The position numbers and the translations under genes were made by a program. A model generated the notes under the pieces. It was not told the origin of the DNA and searched no databases. It worked only from the letters and a program-made list of their open reading frames with translations. DNA of 60,733 nt, the filler included, from Basidiobolus ranarum (taxonomy: Eukaryota): the NCBI GenBank assembly GCA_040143965.1. It is 8 parts of 8 records of this genome, joined end to end, with 100 filler letters (N's around TTAATTAATTAA, not from the genome) between each part and the next. Parts side by side here need not be neighbours in the genome. Positions count along the whole stretch, not along the records: positions 38,069 to 45,560 come from JASJQH010007988.1; positions 45,661 to 53,149 come from JASJQH010007989.1; 6 more parts are not named here. The stretch is one strand, 5' to 3'. Below, piece by piece: positions 38,154-50,169 of the stretch (position 1 is the stretch's first letter; each line of letters starts with the position of its first letter).

Positions 38154-38944
38154 GTATATCCGCATGTCACTATAGCGCTCTTCTTTCTTACACTTGCAAT
38201 GTCTTCTAGATACCGAACTAAATTCGCTTGTGTTTATCCCAGTTATCGAAATAAGATCTTCTAATTTCCCTTAGATACCGAAATAAATTCTCCTTCTTTT
38301 AATCGATAGTTTGAAAGGAAGTATAAGTCAGGTTACGAAAATACCTAGTTCCTAACGTAGAATGTGATAATTAATAAGATGGAGTTCTACTGATACTCTA
38401 CATATTGTATATGGGCCTTTCGAATAGCTGAAGTAGAGGACGGTTTAGAGTGTAAAATATATTGGAGAATATACAATCGTACAACTGCTCATTCCAACAG
38501 CAAATATGAACAGGAGGTAACTCTGATATTAACCGGTACGTTAACTCCTAAAAATACATATTTGCATCCATTACACTTAAACCAAGCACACACATATAAA
38601 TAGCTATATCTTGTGATTTCAACGTCTTGATGGTATTGATTTTGCCAGTTTTTTGAACCAACAGTATACTTGTAAAACCATCTAAAAGTAAGCATTAGTC
38701 GAAAAGTAAGCATTAGAATAGCTAAAAAACTGCTTCCTTCTCGTAAAATAGGATTGGTTAGAACTTCTTTTTTATATCAACACCAATAGGTATTACATTT
38801 GACATCTCTTTCATCAAGCTCTCGTTGTGGGTCATGATAAGTAACTTAGGTTTGATTATTCAAGATCGACATTAACATCATGCCCTTTAGTGACTATCTT
38901 AATTTGTAACCATTGTAATCAAACTTCTCAACTTAACAATACCC

Positions 38945-39041
38945 GAGTTCTATTTAAGCGAGAACTTGAGGATTTTATTTCAACTTGAAGCAACTCTGAG
39001 CTCTATTTAAGCGAGAAATTCAGTATTTTATTCAAACTTAA
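38945..39041 (+). repeat. ~53-bp degenerate tandem repeat (2 copies)
   Basis: GAG(T/C)TCTATTTAAGCGAGAA..T.AG.ATTTTATT..AACTT occurs twice. Confidence 0.6.
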
Positions 39042-39169
39042 TGATAATTTACAGTTGCATTCAACAACTTCTTTATAATAAGTATTGCGCCACATGGGAC
39101 TGAATGCATTTAGAGAATATTTCAATGTGGTGTATATGCTTCCTAGTTTCAAGTTATTGGATAGTGAAA

Positions 39170-39945
39170 TTTTTTCCCGATTCCATTCAAACCTTAAATC
39201 CATATTTGTCAAATAATTGGACGCACTTGTTGGTATGATATCTCGGGGTAGAATGGACAGTGCATTCACTACACGACTCATAACATAAGGCAACGTGCCA
39301 CCAGCATGAGAAAGAATGATATCAATGTCCGGACATGAACGGAAACAACCTGACAAGACAAGATCCACGGCCGTTCGTGTGGTGCTTTGTGGATAATCAA
39401 CTATAGGTCGGGGTAAGAAACCAGCAATGAATTTGGGCAGAATGGTAGCAGCAGTGGGATGAATGAACACAAGGGCTTTGTACTTGTTCAGTTTCTCCCA
39501 AATTGGAGCAAATTATTCATCTGACAACAGACAATCCCTATAGGATGTCATAATAACTACTCCGACTGCCTTCTTTTGTTTTTCAAAGATATATTCTAGT
39601 TCCATTAGAGTTCCCTCTACATCAGTCCAGTCAGGCGTAGATGTAAAAAATGCCATACGATCTGGATGTGCCTCAATAATGTGGCCCACCTCATCGTTCA
39701 GTGTGCGTGTAAGAGCGCGTCCTTCAAGTCCATTCCCGGCAATGGCAGGTCCAGGAGATGTAATTGAGAGAACAGCTTTTTGGATATCATTATCATCCAT
39801 AAATGATAGGCATGATTCCTCAGTCTAATCAGGATGTGCAAATCCCGATGGATCACCCCCAGCTTCAACGATAGCTTGACGTAGCACTGATGTGACGATG
39901 TGAATGTGAGTGTCAATGTATCTCAGTGCCAAGATATGCTTGAAA
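39170..39945 (-). pseudogene. Amidohydrolase_2 family decarboxylase pseudogene (6-methylsalicylate decarboxylase-like)
   Basis: IDTHIH metal motif, GGDPSGF, AVLSITSPG, PIWEKLNKYKALVFIHPT, DYPQSTTRTAVDLV, IILSHAGGTLPY. In-frame TAG (39827-39825) and TAA (39515-39513); C-terminus lost; no introns. Confidence 0.85.
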
Positions 39946-40264
39946 TCAGCGAAGTTAAAAAGCAAATTAATGTCCTCAGTTCTTTATATATCGGTAAACC
40001 TAGGGAAGATCCATAGCGCCGTCCCACCGGAAAATATATGTATGTTGAATCCCGATCTCATCATACATTCACTCCGTGATTTCACCGGTCCCGATAGGTT
40101 GTAGTCTCTATAGTTCTACTTCTCATTGAGGATTTGACGTTACTGCAACCTTTCACTTCTCGATTTTGACAGCCATGAATTTTATCATTTTAATGCTGTA
40201 GTGGCGTTTTATTAGGCTCCAAAAATCACGAAATCATATACAACCATGCCAAAAATAGTTACGG

Positions 40265-40853
40265 TTACACGTGAATCTTAAGCAACGTCTCTGTATTACG
40301 ATAAGCAATCATCGCCAACTCATCCTCGGTGACTAAGCCACTCTTTGAGAGTTCCTCCATAAACTGGCTTCCTTCTTCATTGCTCGCAAAAGGATAGTCA
40401 ACGCTATACAAAATCCTATCCATTCTGGTTGTACGAATGAGACAGACAAACGGAGTGAGCGTGAACATTCCACTGGTCGTGATCCATACATTATCCTCCT
40501 AGACCTTCTTCAAGTTGCGTTTGTTGGGCACCATGGTAGACAGGAATGCATCAGTTCGATCCAGCATATATGCCCAATAACGATCTTGAGACGCGGATAA
40601 CGATCGAAAAGTCGTGAACAAACGTAAAATATGTAGTCCCGTATCTGAATGCCAACCCCAGCCAAAAGTAGAGAGGATACCAGTGGTGTCTTCAGAATAG
40701 TTTCCCTGATATTGTGACATCATATCCTGGGTGGCATTGGTGGGATGAATGTAAATTGGTACATCAAGCTCCTGAGCGCGTTCAAAAAAGGGCCAGTGTG
40801 ATTCGTCATCATAGAATTTACCATTTGCATGATTAGATATAAGCGCACCAACA
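40265..40853 (-). pseudogene. Amidohydrolase_2 family decarboxylase pseudogene (2,3-dihydroxybenzoate decarboxylase-like), 5'-truncated
   Basis: VGALISNHANGKFYDD...ERAQELDVPIYIHPT, GWGWHSDTGLHILRL, LFDRYPRLKIVIGH (out of frame), V*EDNVWITTSGMF, DRILYSVDYPF. The N-terminal half is replaced by an LTR fragment. Confidence 0.88.
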
Positions 40854-40854
40854 A

Positions 40855-41012
40855 TGTAAGTTTGAAGCTTCTAGCACAAGTTTGAAAAACCTATATATCT
40901 GAGAACTTCGAAGTAAATTCCAATAGTGAGTGATATTTTAGTGAAATATGGAGTAACTAAACACTGAGCTATATAAGAGTATATAGATGTTTAGGCTATG
41001 CTAATTTCAACA
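40855..41012 (-). mobile_element. Copia LTR family A fragment
   Basis: CTTCTAGCACAAGTTTGAAAAA...GCTATGCTAATTTCAACA matches family A. Confidence 0.8.
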
Positions 41013-41023
41013 ACAAATACCTG

Positions 41024-41900
41024 TTAGGATGCTTGTGGAGAAGCCGCCTGGAGCTTGATTCTCAGGTCTTTATCAATGTTAGCTAATAAAAAGTTTGGAG
41101 CAAAAGTATAGCCTACTTCGAATACCTCAGCAATGTTTAAAAGTGTTAATGGCTCCAGGGTGATCACTGACGCAGCTACTTGAACTTGATTTGCTCCTGT
41201 TACAATGGGTGTGATGTGATTCTCAATTAGCCCCGCTACATGGTCACATCCGACCCAATTCAATATGGTGTCTGTGGATTCAAGCTGATAATCGTCAACC
41301 TTATACTTGGCTGCAACAAGTACGTTTACAATAGTGGGTTCAAAAACTTTTTGGTTACCTGTAGAGCCAGAGGTAAGTAACAGAACAGTCACCTCGCTCA
41401 TGGTACTTTGATTGGTGAAATTCAGGGATTCGAGTTCAGTGAAGTCGGTATTAGCATCAAGGCTCTCTCAGGCTTTGAAACTGTCAATGGGTTGAACATT
41501 CAGATTTGGAGCCAAGGAAGTGAGTTCGTAGCAATCTTTCTGGCGGCAAAGAAAGATTGGCTTATTGAAAGGTGTATCGAGATGTGAGAGTTCTATTTCC
41601 TTTTTCTCAATCACCTTTCAAGAACACATGGCAGAAAACCGGCGGCCAGCGATCCCTAAAAGTGATCGATTGTATCCTGATAATTGTCAAAATACAGCAC
41701 GACTATTTGACAAGAGGTATTTTGAGTGAGTACATGTATCTCTTTGCCAATGTTATATGCCCACGTAAGAAGACTATTGTAGGTGTCGAATGAAGGATTT
41801 GCAATATCGTCCGAATTGTTGATGTAGTAAAGGTTAGATGGTTCTTGGCTGTGTCAACGAGAACCTGTAGTAAATTCATGTTGCTGCTTGATTGAGACAT
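41024..41900 (-). pseudogene. Adenylate-forming enzyme (acyl-CoA synthetase / FAAL / NRPS-like A domain) pseudogene, 3'-truncated
   Basis: A3 P-loop LLTSGSTGNQK, LNWVGCDHVAGLIENH, GANQVQV, YTFAPNFLL. Frameshifted N-terminus; ends next to the LTR fragment. Confidence 0.82.
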
Positions 41901-44555
41901 GTTGTATAATATGCTAAATGGTTATTAATTACAAGATACAGTTAGTTGTATGTCTGCATGAAGATTTCCATCCATATTACTCCGACAATTACACTGCCTA
42001 CGAGAGGTTCTTAATAACCATAACTACGATACACTGATAGCGCTACTGATAGGCTTAGTTTCATATCGTACCTTATTTTTGTTTGCTACAGTTCTTATTG
42101 GGCGACAATTGGTACCTCGTTCAAAGAATCAATGATCGATCAGTTGCTAGGTGTGAAGAATTAATAGCTAGTCGTTAAGTCTTGTAGTAAAATACAGTTT
42201 AATTATAACCTAGAGCTAAGAGAAACTATGATCACCACCATGAATTTTAACTAACAAGTATCTATAACTAAACTAGAGATGTAAGTAACGCACGTAATAT
42301 CCTAGTTTCAATTCCTCAACACTGTACGAATGATCTAAATAGACAAACGAAGGGAAGTATCCGTTAGAAGTACCAAAATATGTATTGAATACAACAACAT
42401 CGGAAACAAAAAGGGTTAGGTAATTTAACCAGCTATGAAATATCTGAGTGCATTATCAGGATTTTTCTAGACTTTGACTACTAGTATAAATATTCTTGAG
42501 TGGATTCTGCTATAACTCAAGAATCTCAGTTTATCATGGTCATCATTTCCTCATTTCTCCTTTTGATACTTGTTGCTACTTCCTAAAAACCTCACATTAG
42601 GCTGTGAAGGATCTAACAGGGCAAAATGACAATGATTGAGATTAACATAAAGCATTACAGGCCGAGAATTTCAGGCTGTATAATTTTATTCTCACTATGG
42701 ATATCGAGCAACATCGAAAAGAGGACTTAAATGTTTACTCCTTGACATGATCCAAAAAGACCTTACGATACTAAACAGTTCGAAATTTTACTTGCTCAAG
42801 CAACAGCTGAAGAAGACCGAACGACTGTAACTACTATGATCATATCTACTATTACATCCCAACTTCACATGCTTCTTGTCAAATTAATGAGCTACAACGG
42901 AGCTTGATGGCTGACGCTTGATGATTAACAATTACTTACGAGAGAGTCTTGGTACCTATCTCAGCAACCTCAGTCTCAGATCAGCAGTGTTGGATTTCAA
43001 TTGCTATAATGAAAGGTAGATAATATGTGATAATGTGTAATATAGTCAGCTTACTACACTAAATTCATCTCTAACCATAATCTAACCCTAAGCGTTAATG
43101 ACAAATAAAAATACATACATATCAAATCGCTGTCAAGGTTAGTGTTATATATGTATTATATCATATTAACGCCATTTGTATATATACATTTATTGATGAT
43201 CAAGGTCATGCATTTAGAAGTAAAATCTACGTACCCAAATTCAATATATATGTCTATAGATCTACCATAGAGATCATTTAAGAGAGGGAGGAGAGGAGTG
43301 AAGGCAGCGTAGGGTTGCTAATAAAGGTTAACATGAAGATCATTGCATTCACTGTTCCCTCTTTACTAGAAGCACAGTATTTAAGATTGACCTTGCTAAA
43401 TCTATAATGGCATCCATCTCATTGAGTTCTTTTTCCCTATCGATACATATAATGGTCAATAGAGCAAGTTAATTAAAATATTAGAATTGAATGCTTTAAA
43501 GCTAAAACAAACCTTTAATCATTTCCCCCTCTTACACCTATTTTAATACATGGATATACATCTGTAGCCAGGAACCATTGATATTCCAGATGCAAACCCA
43601 ATATATACAAGGAATACCCTAGTCCTCCCTCAACAGCTAATATTTGGATGTCACCTCAGCTGTATATGATCTATAATACTAAAACATGGAGCCGACTATT
43701 CAAGTTTGTGAGATATTCTATCGCTATCACCTGGCAAATTATGGGAGTTGATTCACAATTATTCGATGATTGAGTTCCTAGAATGCTAGATAAATATTCA
43801 ATGTTTTCCTGATCACTGGTTATTAGAAATGAATGCCACTTCAACACTGTACGCAAAATAATGATCCTAAAAGTGAAAATAATTGCACCTTCGAAATCAT
43901 GGAACGTGATCCTCCAGAACCGTAAAATGGATAAGAATTAACTCAACTGCCAACAATACAGTTCATTCCAATATTGTTATCAAGAAGCACCTCATGAGGT
44001 GCAGGATTCATTTGTTAAATTCTTTGTTTTGAATCGTGATAAATATGATGGTTTAAACTTGATTGCAGTCAGTATATTTGCACATGTCGAATTAGCAAAA
44101 CTTGCTACTTTTTCTACCAGAATATTGATATAATCATATTTACACCAGCAGAGGCTGTCTTACCGGCTCTATTGCCACATTGTTGTCCAGATGGAGAATC
44201 TATACAAAGTTATGCTAACTAACCTGATACTATTGTTACACTATTCTTGATGCATGTAGCCAATGATTGTATTGCATCTAATGTGATAGTTAGACATTTG
44301 CAATATCTGCTAACACTCATGTGTACTCCATTATTCTTGATCAGTAGTATTGGCTTAACCGAGATATATTCAAGAGATTTATTATCTAATTCGGTTAATC
44401 GATGATAAGGAGCTTGGTACAAGTATTGCCAGTTGGAAAGGGGTATGGTTGGGCTATTGGTAAGCTCTAAGTGGGTATAAGTAGGTATAGGTAGGTATAA
44501 ATGGGCATACACGGAAATAATGAGAAGAGGGAAGACAGATTAAACTCCCAACAAT

Positions 44556-45560
44556 CTACTCTGCTTTTATATCAGAAGGTTCACTAACTCGGAATATACC
44601 CCAGAGACCATCAAATATATTGGTGAACATGACTCCATCTCGGTATGCCCAGTCGCCTGGATACGCACTGGCGTAAAAAGTGTTACTCTGTGTGAACCCT
44701 GGCGTGATGGCATTGTTCGTCGCCGAGAACTCACGTCCTGGTCGGGCATTCTGTGACAACCATCCATGACCATGTAAGTGCCAGGATGCGGGTCTCAGTT
44801 TGTCCAAGCCACCAAGAATGCGAAAGCGTTGTAATACACCAGATTGAGCACTGAAGATTCGAGTGGATGGTTGATCCGTACGAAGCCAATCAGGTGCACT
44901 TGCTGGATGATTTCGATAATTAAAGGCTTTTTGTCCTTGATCTACATAATCCACATAAATAAAGCCATTGCTCGGATCGATGTTAGGTGGTGCGTCACCA
45001 TTTTGATCACCATCTTCTATGTTGTCTTCTTCATCAATTCCTAGATCGGGAACTGGTTTATTCAGATCCCCATTTTGGAATAAGCGCAATCCACTCTGAA
45101 CAATCAGAACCTTATCTTGATAGATTAGTGACTTGGAGCCATAAATGTCACCAGCATGTGAGGGTGAAGCGCTGTGATAATACACATCGGTCTCTGCTGA
45201 GTACCACGAATCAGGTTGATCGTGAGGACCCAAAATGATCAGAGCACCAACCAGGCCATGATGTTTATGGTTTCTCACATCAGCGAAATCTTCTAAGAGG
45301 ATTGGACCTAGGGGTTGATCAGCATACCATGTGTAAGTTCTCGTTTGCTTTGGGGGAACGGTCTGATCTGAATTGAAGCCAACGTTGCTTCCATCATTGT
45401 CGCGAACATCATATCGAAGCAGGTCGGCACGTATAGAGACATGATTAGAGACTCTACGGTCCGGATTGTCAGCCGGAACTTGAGGAGCAAAAGGTTCAGG
45501 ATGGAGCTTGTCAGGTAGATTGTTTCTCAAATGTATTTGAATAAATTCTCCGGTACGGCG
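44556..45560 (-). CDS. Multicopper oxidase, MnxG (manganese oxidase)-like, C-terminal two cupredoxin domains (5' cut by contig end)
   Basis: Open and intronless to the contig edge: RTGEFIQIHLRNNLP...SNHVSIRADLLRYDV..NDGSNVGFNSDQTVPP.QTRTYTWYAD..LG...L.DFADVRNHKHHGLVGALII; DQGQKAFNYR; WHLHGHGW; PGDWAYRDG....IFDGLWGIFRV. This motif series matches my recollection of Bacillus MnxG domains 5-6. Confidence 0.8.
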   Translation of the reverse strand, partial: RRTGEFIQIHLRNNLPDKLHPEPFAPQVPADNPDRRVSNHVSIRADLLRYDVRDNDGSNVGFNSDQTVPPKQTRTYTWYADQPLGPILLEDFADVRNHKHHGLVGALIILGPHDQPDSWYSAETDVYYHSASPSHAGDIYGSKSLIYQDKVLIVQSGLRLFQNGDLNKPVPDLGIDEEDNIEDGDQNGDAPPNIDPSNGFIYVDYVDQGQKAFNYRNHPASAPDWLRTDQPSTRIFSAQSGVLQRFRILGGLDKLRPASWHLHGHGWLSQNARPGREFSATNNAITPGFTQSNTFYASAYPGDWAYRDGVMFTNIFDGLWGIFRVSEPSDIKAE

Positions 45561-45660
45561 NNNNNNNNNNNNNNNNNNNNNNNNNNNNNNNNNNNNNNNN
45601 NNNNTTAATTAATTAANNNNNNNNNNNNNNNNNNNNNNNNNNNNNNNNNNNNNNNNNNNN
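45561..45660. other. Artificial contig linker
   Basis: 44 N + TTAATTAATTAA + 44 N. Confidence 0.99.
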
Positions 45661-45829
45661 ATCATGGGAGTTACAAGATATATCTGGTAATGGAGGGCAA
45701 TTTTGGTTTATTATAAGCCGTTTCTAGGCAATTTCATTACACCAAGTTTACCATCTGATTATTTTACTGCCATTCAAAAAGTGTTCAAAATCTAAATCAA
45801 AATTGGCTGCCAAGTCAAAGCCTGCTGGC

Positions 45830-46240
45830 ACATAAGGAAAAAAATCAGCAAGAACAGAGGACTTAATTGATCATAGCCTGACATAAGATCAAATTTGCAA
45901 AGACTTTGGCACTACCAAGTTGATAGAATAGCTCTTCCATCTGGGCAATAGAATATTTGTTCCTTGTAGTAGCTGAGTTCAAAGCACAGTAGTCAACACA
46001 AATCCTCATACATCCATCTTTTTTCTTAACCAACAAGACTAGTTCTCCCCAAGGTGACTTTCTTGGTCAAATGTATCCTTATTACAAGAGTTAGTTCATC
46101 TGCTTCTTAACTTCTTGTGGCTGCAAGTCTACCTCTCTGGCTTGTTAAAGATTGGTCAATTTATTGGGAAATACTTCCTGATAATTCTTCAATACCTTTG
46201 TCATTGCATTAGAGATAGCATTCAGCTCCTTGTCATGTGC
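45830..46240 (-). mobile_element. Ty3/gypsy reverse transcriptase relic
   Basis: VLKNYQEVFP...EVKKQMN.LL..GYI.PRKSPWGELVLLVKKKDGCMRICVDYCALNSATTRNKY...EELFYQLGSAKVF, with stops. Confidence 0.85.
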
Positions 46241-46429
46241 CTACTGTGACAAATTACTGGAGCATGGTGTGACTGTTTACTAATGCTGATTGATATCCAG
46301 ATAACTACTAACTGATGGTACTGATAATACAATCTGGGGATAATTTTGAAAAACTGATAATACTAAATATTGCATAACTTAACTAATATCCATGCTGCCA
46401 TGATTAGTAATTCAAAACAAAAAAGATAT

Positions 46430-46890
46430 TCAGGTATCTGAGAGGAACTTTTGATCTGGTATTAGAATGTGGTGAAACTCCTGGTGCACTAGATTTGGAA
46501 AGCTACAATAATGTGTATTGAAGAAACAACTTTGATGGTAGTAACTCAACAACTGGATGTGCTTTTCTCTATTGTAATGGAGCCATGACTTGGAACAGCA
46601 AGAAGCCACTGGCCGTAGCACTTTCCACTACAGAGCAGAGTTTTTGGCTCTCTCCGCTACAGCACAAGAATCTATATGGTAAAGAAAGTCCCTTACTGAC
46701 ATAAGTTACATGCAAAGCATGTTATTAATACATTTCAAGATAATCAAAGTTTTATTGCACTAGCTTAAACACCTATATTTCATGCTAAAACACAGAATGT
46801 GAACATCAGGTATCCTTTTGTGACAGAAGAAATGGAGAATGGCAGAATGTTACTAGTCAGTGGCCCTACTGAAGTAGTGATAAACCAAAT
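46430..46890 (+). mobile_element. Ty1/copia RNase H relic
   Basis: Frameshifted VALSTTE..F.ALSATAQE.IW, QDNQSFIALA*TPIFHAKTQNVNIRYPFVTE. Confidence 0.75.
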
Positions 46891-47605
46891 GATGTTTTCT
46901 TTCAAAGCTGTTGAAGCCTGGAACTTTGCACAGAATGCTTTATACTTGCCAAAGTATGATAGCTTGTGGTTGCTTTTGGGCCTGTTGATTTTTACCAGAA
47001 ATGTGACAAGAAGGTTTATAATATGACGTCTTTAGAGAAATATTCATGGAAAATGAAATAAAATTAGATTCTTTAATTTTGCTGTTCCAGGCATCTTCAA
47101 CAGCATTTATCAATGAAGTTAAATAATATTCACTTTTTGAAGCTCACAATAGAAGCTTCTCCCAATTTTACCACCATCAATAGTGTATTGAAATCTGATT
47201 GAGCAATAGTTTTTGTAGAAACAAAATAAATTAACTAACTGCTTTCCAGCAGATATTAGAGTATACAAGCCACAGTACTTCTCAAATAGAGCTTTAAGGT
47301 AGCAATAAGAAAGCAAATAGTTGCTTTTGGGTAATGAGTAATGACCTTATTAAGTAGATGGAAAGCATGTGGCTAATGTTAAATGAACTGGCACAATATA
47401 GATCAATCTGTTTTGGCAATGAAATTTATCCAAGAATTTTAACTATTATTGTAAAATGTTATGCATTTTGTATAATAACATTGCTGTTTGCATTAATAAT
47501 CCTGAAAATTTCAAATATGTTTAATTCATGGATATTACATAATGAGCTGCATCAACAAAATTAATTATGATTCAATCTGAATCAATTTATTGCAAAAGAC
47601 AAAAG

Positions 47606-47937
47606 TGTTAAGGAGATTTGGAATTGTTTTGGACAAGATTTGGATTTGTAAATTAGACACTTAAGTTTTATTGCATTGAATATGTCCTATTTATAGTTTA
47701 CTATGAAATAGGACTATTGGATGTGCCCAGATCATCACAAACATGCCTGTAAAGTGTGGGTGAAAGTTTGAGGTGATTTGAAGAAATTTAGAGAAAATAG
47801 TGAAAATTGGTAAGAGTGATCTAATTGATATTTCTATCAATTAGAGCAATAAACACACATTATTGAATGGCAGAATTGAGTGCTAAATAACCAGAATATT
47901 GATAAAACTACTACTAAATAGTGGTATGCTACTTACC
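47606..47937 (-). mobile_element. Diverged copia LTR-like sequence at the 3' end of the pol relic
   Basis: Begins TGTTAAGG on +; weak similarity in layout to family A; directly follows the RNase H end of the element at 47940-50165. Confidence 0.4.
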
Positions 47938-47939
47938 TT

Positions 47940-50165
47940 GTGCTTTAGCTAAAGGTTGGGTCAATATGTCAGTTATCATTTCTTCAGTAGAGCAATAGAC
48001 AAGTTCACTTATGTCATTCTCTATTAATTTGATGACAAAATGATGCCTACTATCTATATGTTTTGTTCTAGCATGAAATGTAGGATTTTCAGCTAATGAA
48101 ACATAACTCTGAGTTTCTTAAAATATAGTAATAGCATATTTTTGCAGGTATCCCAAGTCTGTAAATAACTTCCTTAACCACATAGCTTCTTGGGTAGTAG
48201 CAGAAGCAGCCATACACTCTATCTTTGTAGTGGACAGTGCTTAGGTAGGTTGCTTCTTACTATTCCAAGTTTTGGCTCCATTACCGTAGAGAAAAGTGTC
48301 CCCAGTTATTGATCTTCTGTCATCAAGGTTTCTTCCTCAGTCTGCATCACTATAGCCTTCAGAATTTGTGCATCAGCAGTGGGAGAGTATTCCAGAACTA
48401 GATCTACAGTGCCTCTCAAATATCTGAATATTTGCTTTATGGCAGTTTGTGCTCAGATCCCGGACTTTTGAGATATTGGCTGCCAGTTCCCACTGCCACA
48501 GCAGTGTCTGGAGGTGCACCAACCACTGTATACATTGAATTACCCACCATGGATTGATAATGGAACTCCTGGCTTTGATTTGAGTCATTTTGGGCCAAAA
48601 GAGATAAAATTTTGTTGTATTTCACATTGATATCCATTGGTGTTAATACAGGCTTGCTATTCCCCATGTTGAAGTGTTTTAAGATGTCTAGGATGACTGA
48701 TTCAGCATGATTGTCTGATTGGGTTTGTCTCCCTCAATTTATATTTCTGGAAAGTAACTTAATTCCCCCATGTTGGTAATTTGAAATTGGTTTCATAACC
48801 TGCTTTTTGTCTGTTTAAGTGCTCTTGGATTACTTGTGGATATAGTCATCCACATATAGTGCCAAGATAAAGATCCTATTTCTGGTGGTTGGATGTTAAT
48901 AATGTGTTCTGGTGTGCATTTTTGGAACTCTAGTGATTCCAAATAGACATATATCTTCTTTTGCCATGCTCTGGGTGCTTGCTTGAGTTCTTATAGCATT
49001 TTATTCAGCTTACTGACTATATCAGGATGCTTGCATCAGTAAATTTTTGTAGTTACTCCATGTACATCTCTTCTGTGAGATTTCCATTCAAAACGGCCGC
49101 TTTTACTTCTGTTTGATATAAACAAAGGTTATGGATGGCTGAGAGTGCAAGGATGAATCTAATGTAGCTAAACTTAGCTATGGGAGTATGTGTTTCATTA
49201 AAATTAAATCCTTGAGTCTGAGAATAACCTTTAGCTACTAATCTTACTTTGTAACTTTCTATAGTTCCATCAGTTCAATCTTTGATGCTATAGACCCATT
49301 TGCAACCAATTGGCTTTCTCCCTAATGTAAGAGGACTTAAAACCCTTGTTTTATTGTCCTGAAGTGAAGAAAGCTCATCAGACATTGCATTTTCCCATAA
49401 TTATGATTCTAGACCCTCCAAAGCTTGATCTGGAGTCTATGGCTTGACACAGAATACTGCATAAGCAAATATATCATCATTGGGAGTGTTCCACCAGTTT
49501 CCTGGCTTATTTCTCCTTCTGGATGATCTTCTGGGTCCTGAATCATATTCTGATGTAAATGGGACTGTAATTTTTGTTGAATAGGGCTTGGATACTGCTG
49601 GAATCTTTTCAGACACTTCCTAAATAGAGCTGATTGTGTTTTCTGGATCAAGAACAGTGATTTGAGGTGAGAAATTTGCTTTTTCATCAAAAATCACATC
49701 CCTGAACTGAATTAGCTTTGGATATTTGGTATCACACAGTCCCTAGGCCTTTAAACCATCACAGTAACCAAGAAATATGGATTTTCTGCTTTTGGATTCC
49801 AACTTAGAGAATTTTTGAGATGGAGTTAGGAAATATACTGAGCAATCAAAGATTCTCAGATAATCCACACTTGGTTTTGATCCATATAGGGCTTCAAATG
49901 TTATAAAATTTTGTAGCACTCTTGTTGGGAATCTGTTGTTGATATAGACTGCAGTAGAGACAGATTCAGCCCAATATTAATAATCTAACTTGTGATAATG
50001 TGATAGTGATCTTGCCATCTTCATTATGGTCATGTAAGCATGTTCTGCAACTTCATTATGCTGTGTATTATTACGTACAGTAGTTTGTTGCTTAATTCTA
50101 TGTTTAGAACAAAAACTAGCAAAGTCTTTGGAGCAGTATTCCCCACCATCACCACTGCTTAGTAC
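47940..50165 (-). mobile_element. Decayed Ty1/copia pol (integrase core, RT, RNase H), copy 1
   Basis: DGGEY, QHNEVAEH, YWAESVSTAVYI.NR, LESKSRK.IFLGY, RKPIGCKWV, YKVRLVAKGY, YQSMVG, GYSDAD...DDRRS, FHARTKHIDSRHHF, ITDILTQPL; many stops and frameshifts. Confidence 0.92.
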
Positions 50166-50169
50166 CCCC

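Noticed and set aside
39825-40501. In-frame TAG at likely conserved Trp positions in both decarboxylases, suggesting A-to-I stop-codon editing or TAG recoding
   Set aside because: Both genes carry other lesions (TAA, indels, truncation). TGG to TAG is a common transition, and LIS1, STU2 and other genes here use TAG as a normal stop.
42535-43020. Signal-peptide-like start (MVIISSFLLLILVATS) followed by broken coding-like sequence
   Set aside because: Stops in all frames and no credible splice sites; the product cannot be identified.
43070-43092. Telomere-like TAACCATAATCTAACCCTAA
   Set aside because: Only one or two imperfect units, and internal to the contig.
43987-44002. Perfect 16-bp palindrome GCACCTCATGAGGTGC
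   Set aside because: About one such palindrome is expected by chance in a window of this size.
38069-45560. Contig 6 as bacterial contamination
   Set aside because: It has long AT-rich intergenic DNA, a host family A LTR fragment and a fungal Kre9-like gene end, and gene density is far below bacterial. Chimerism still needs read-level checking.
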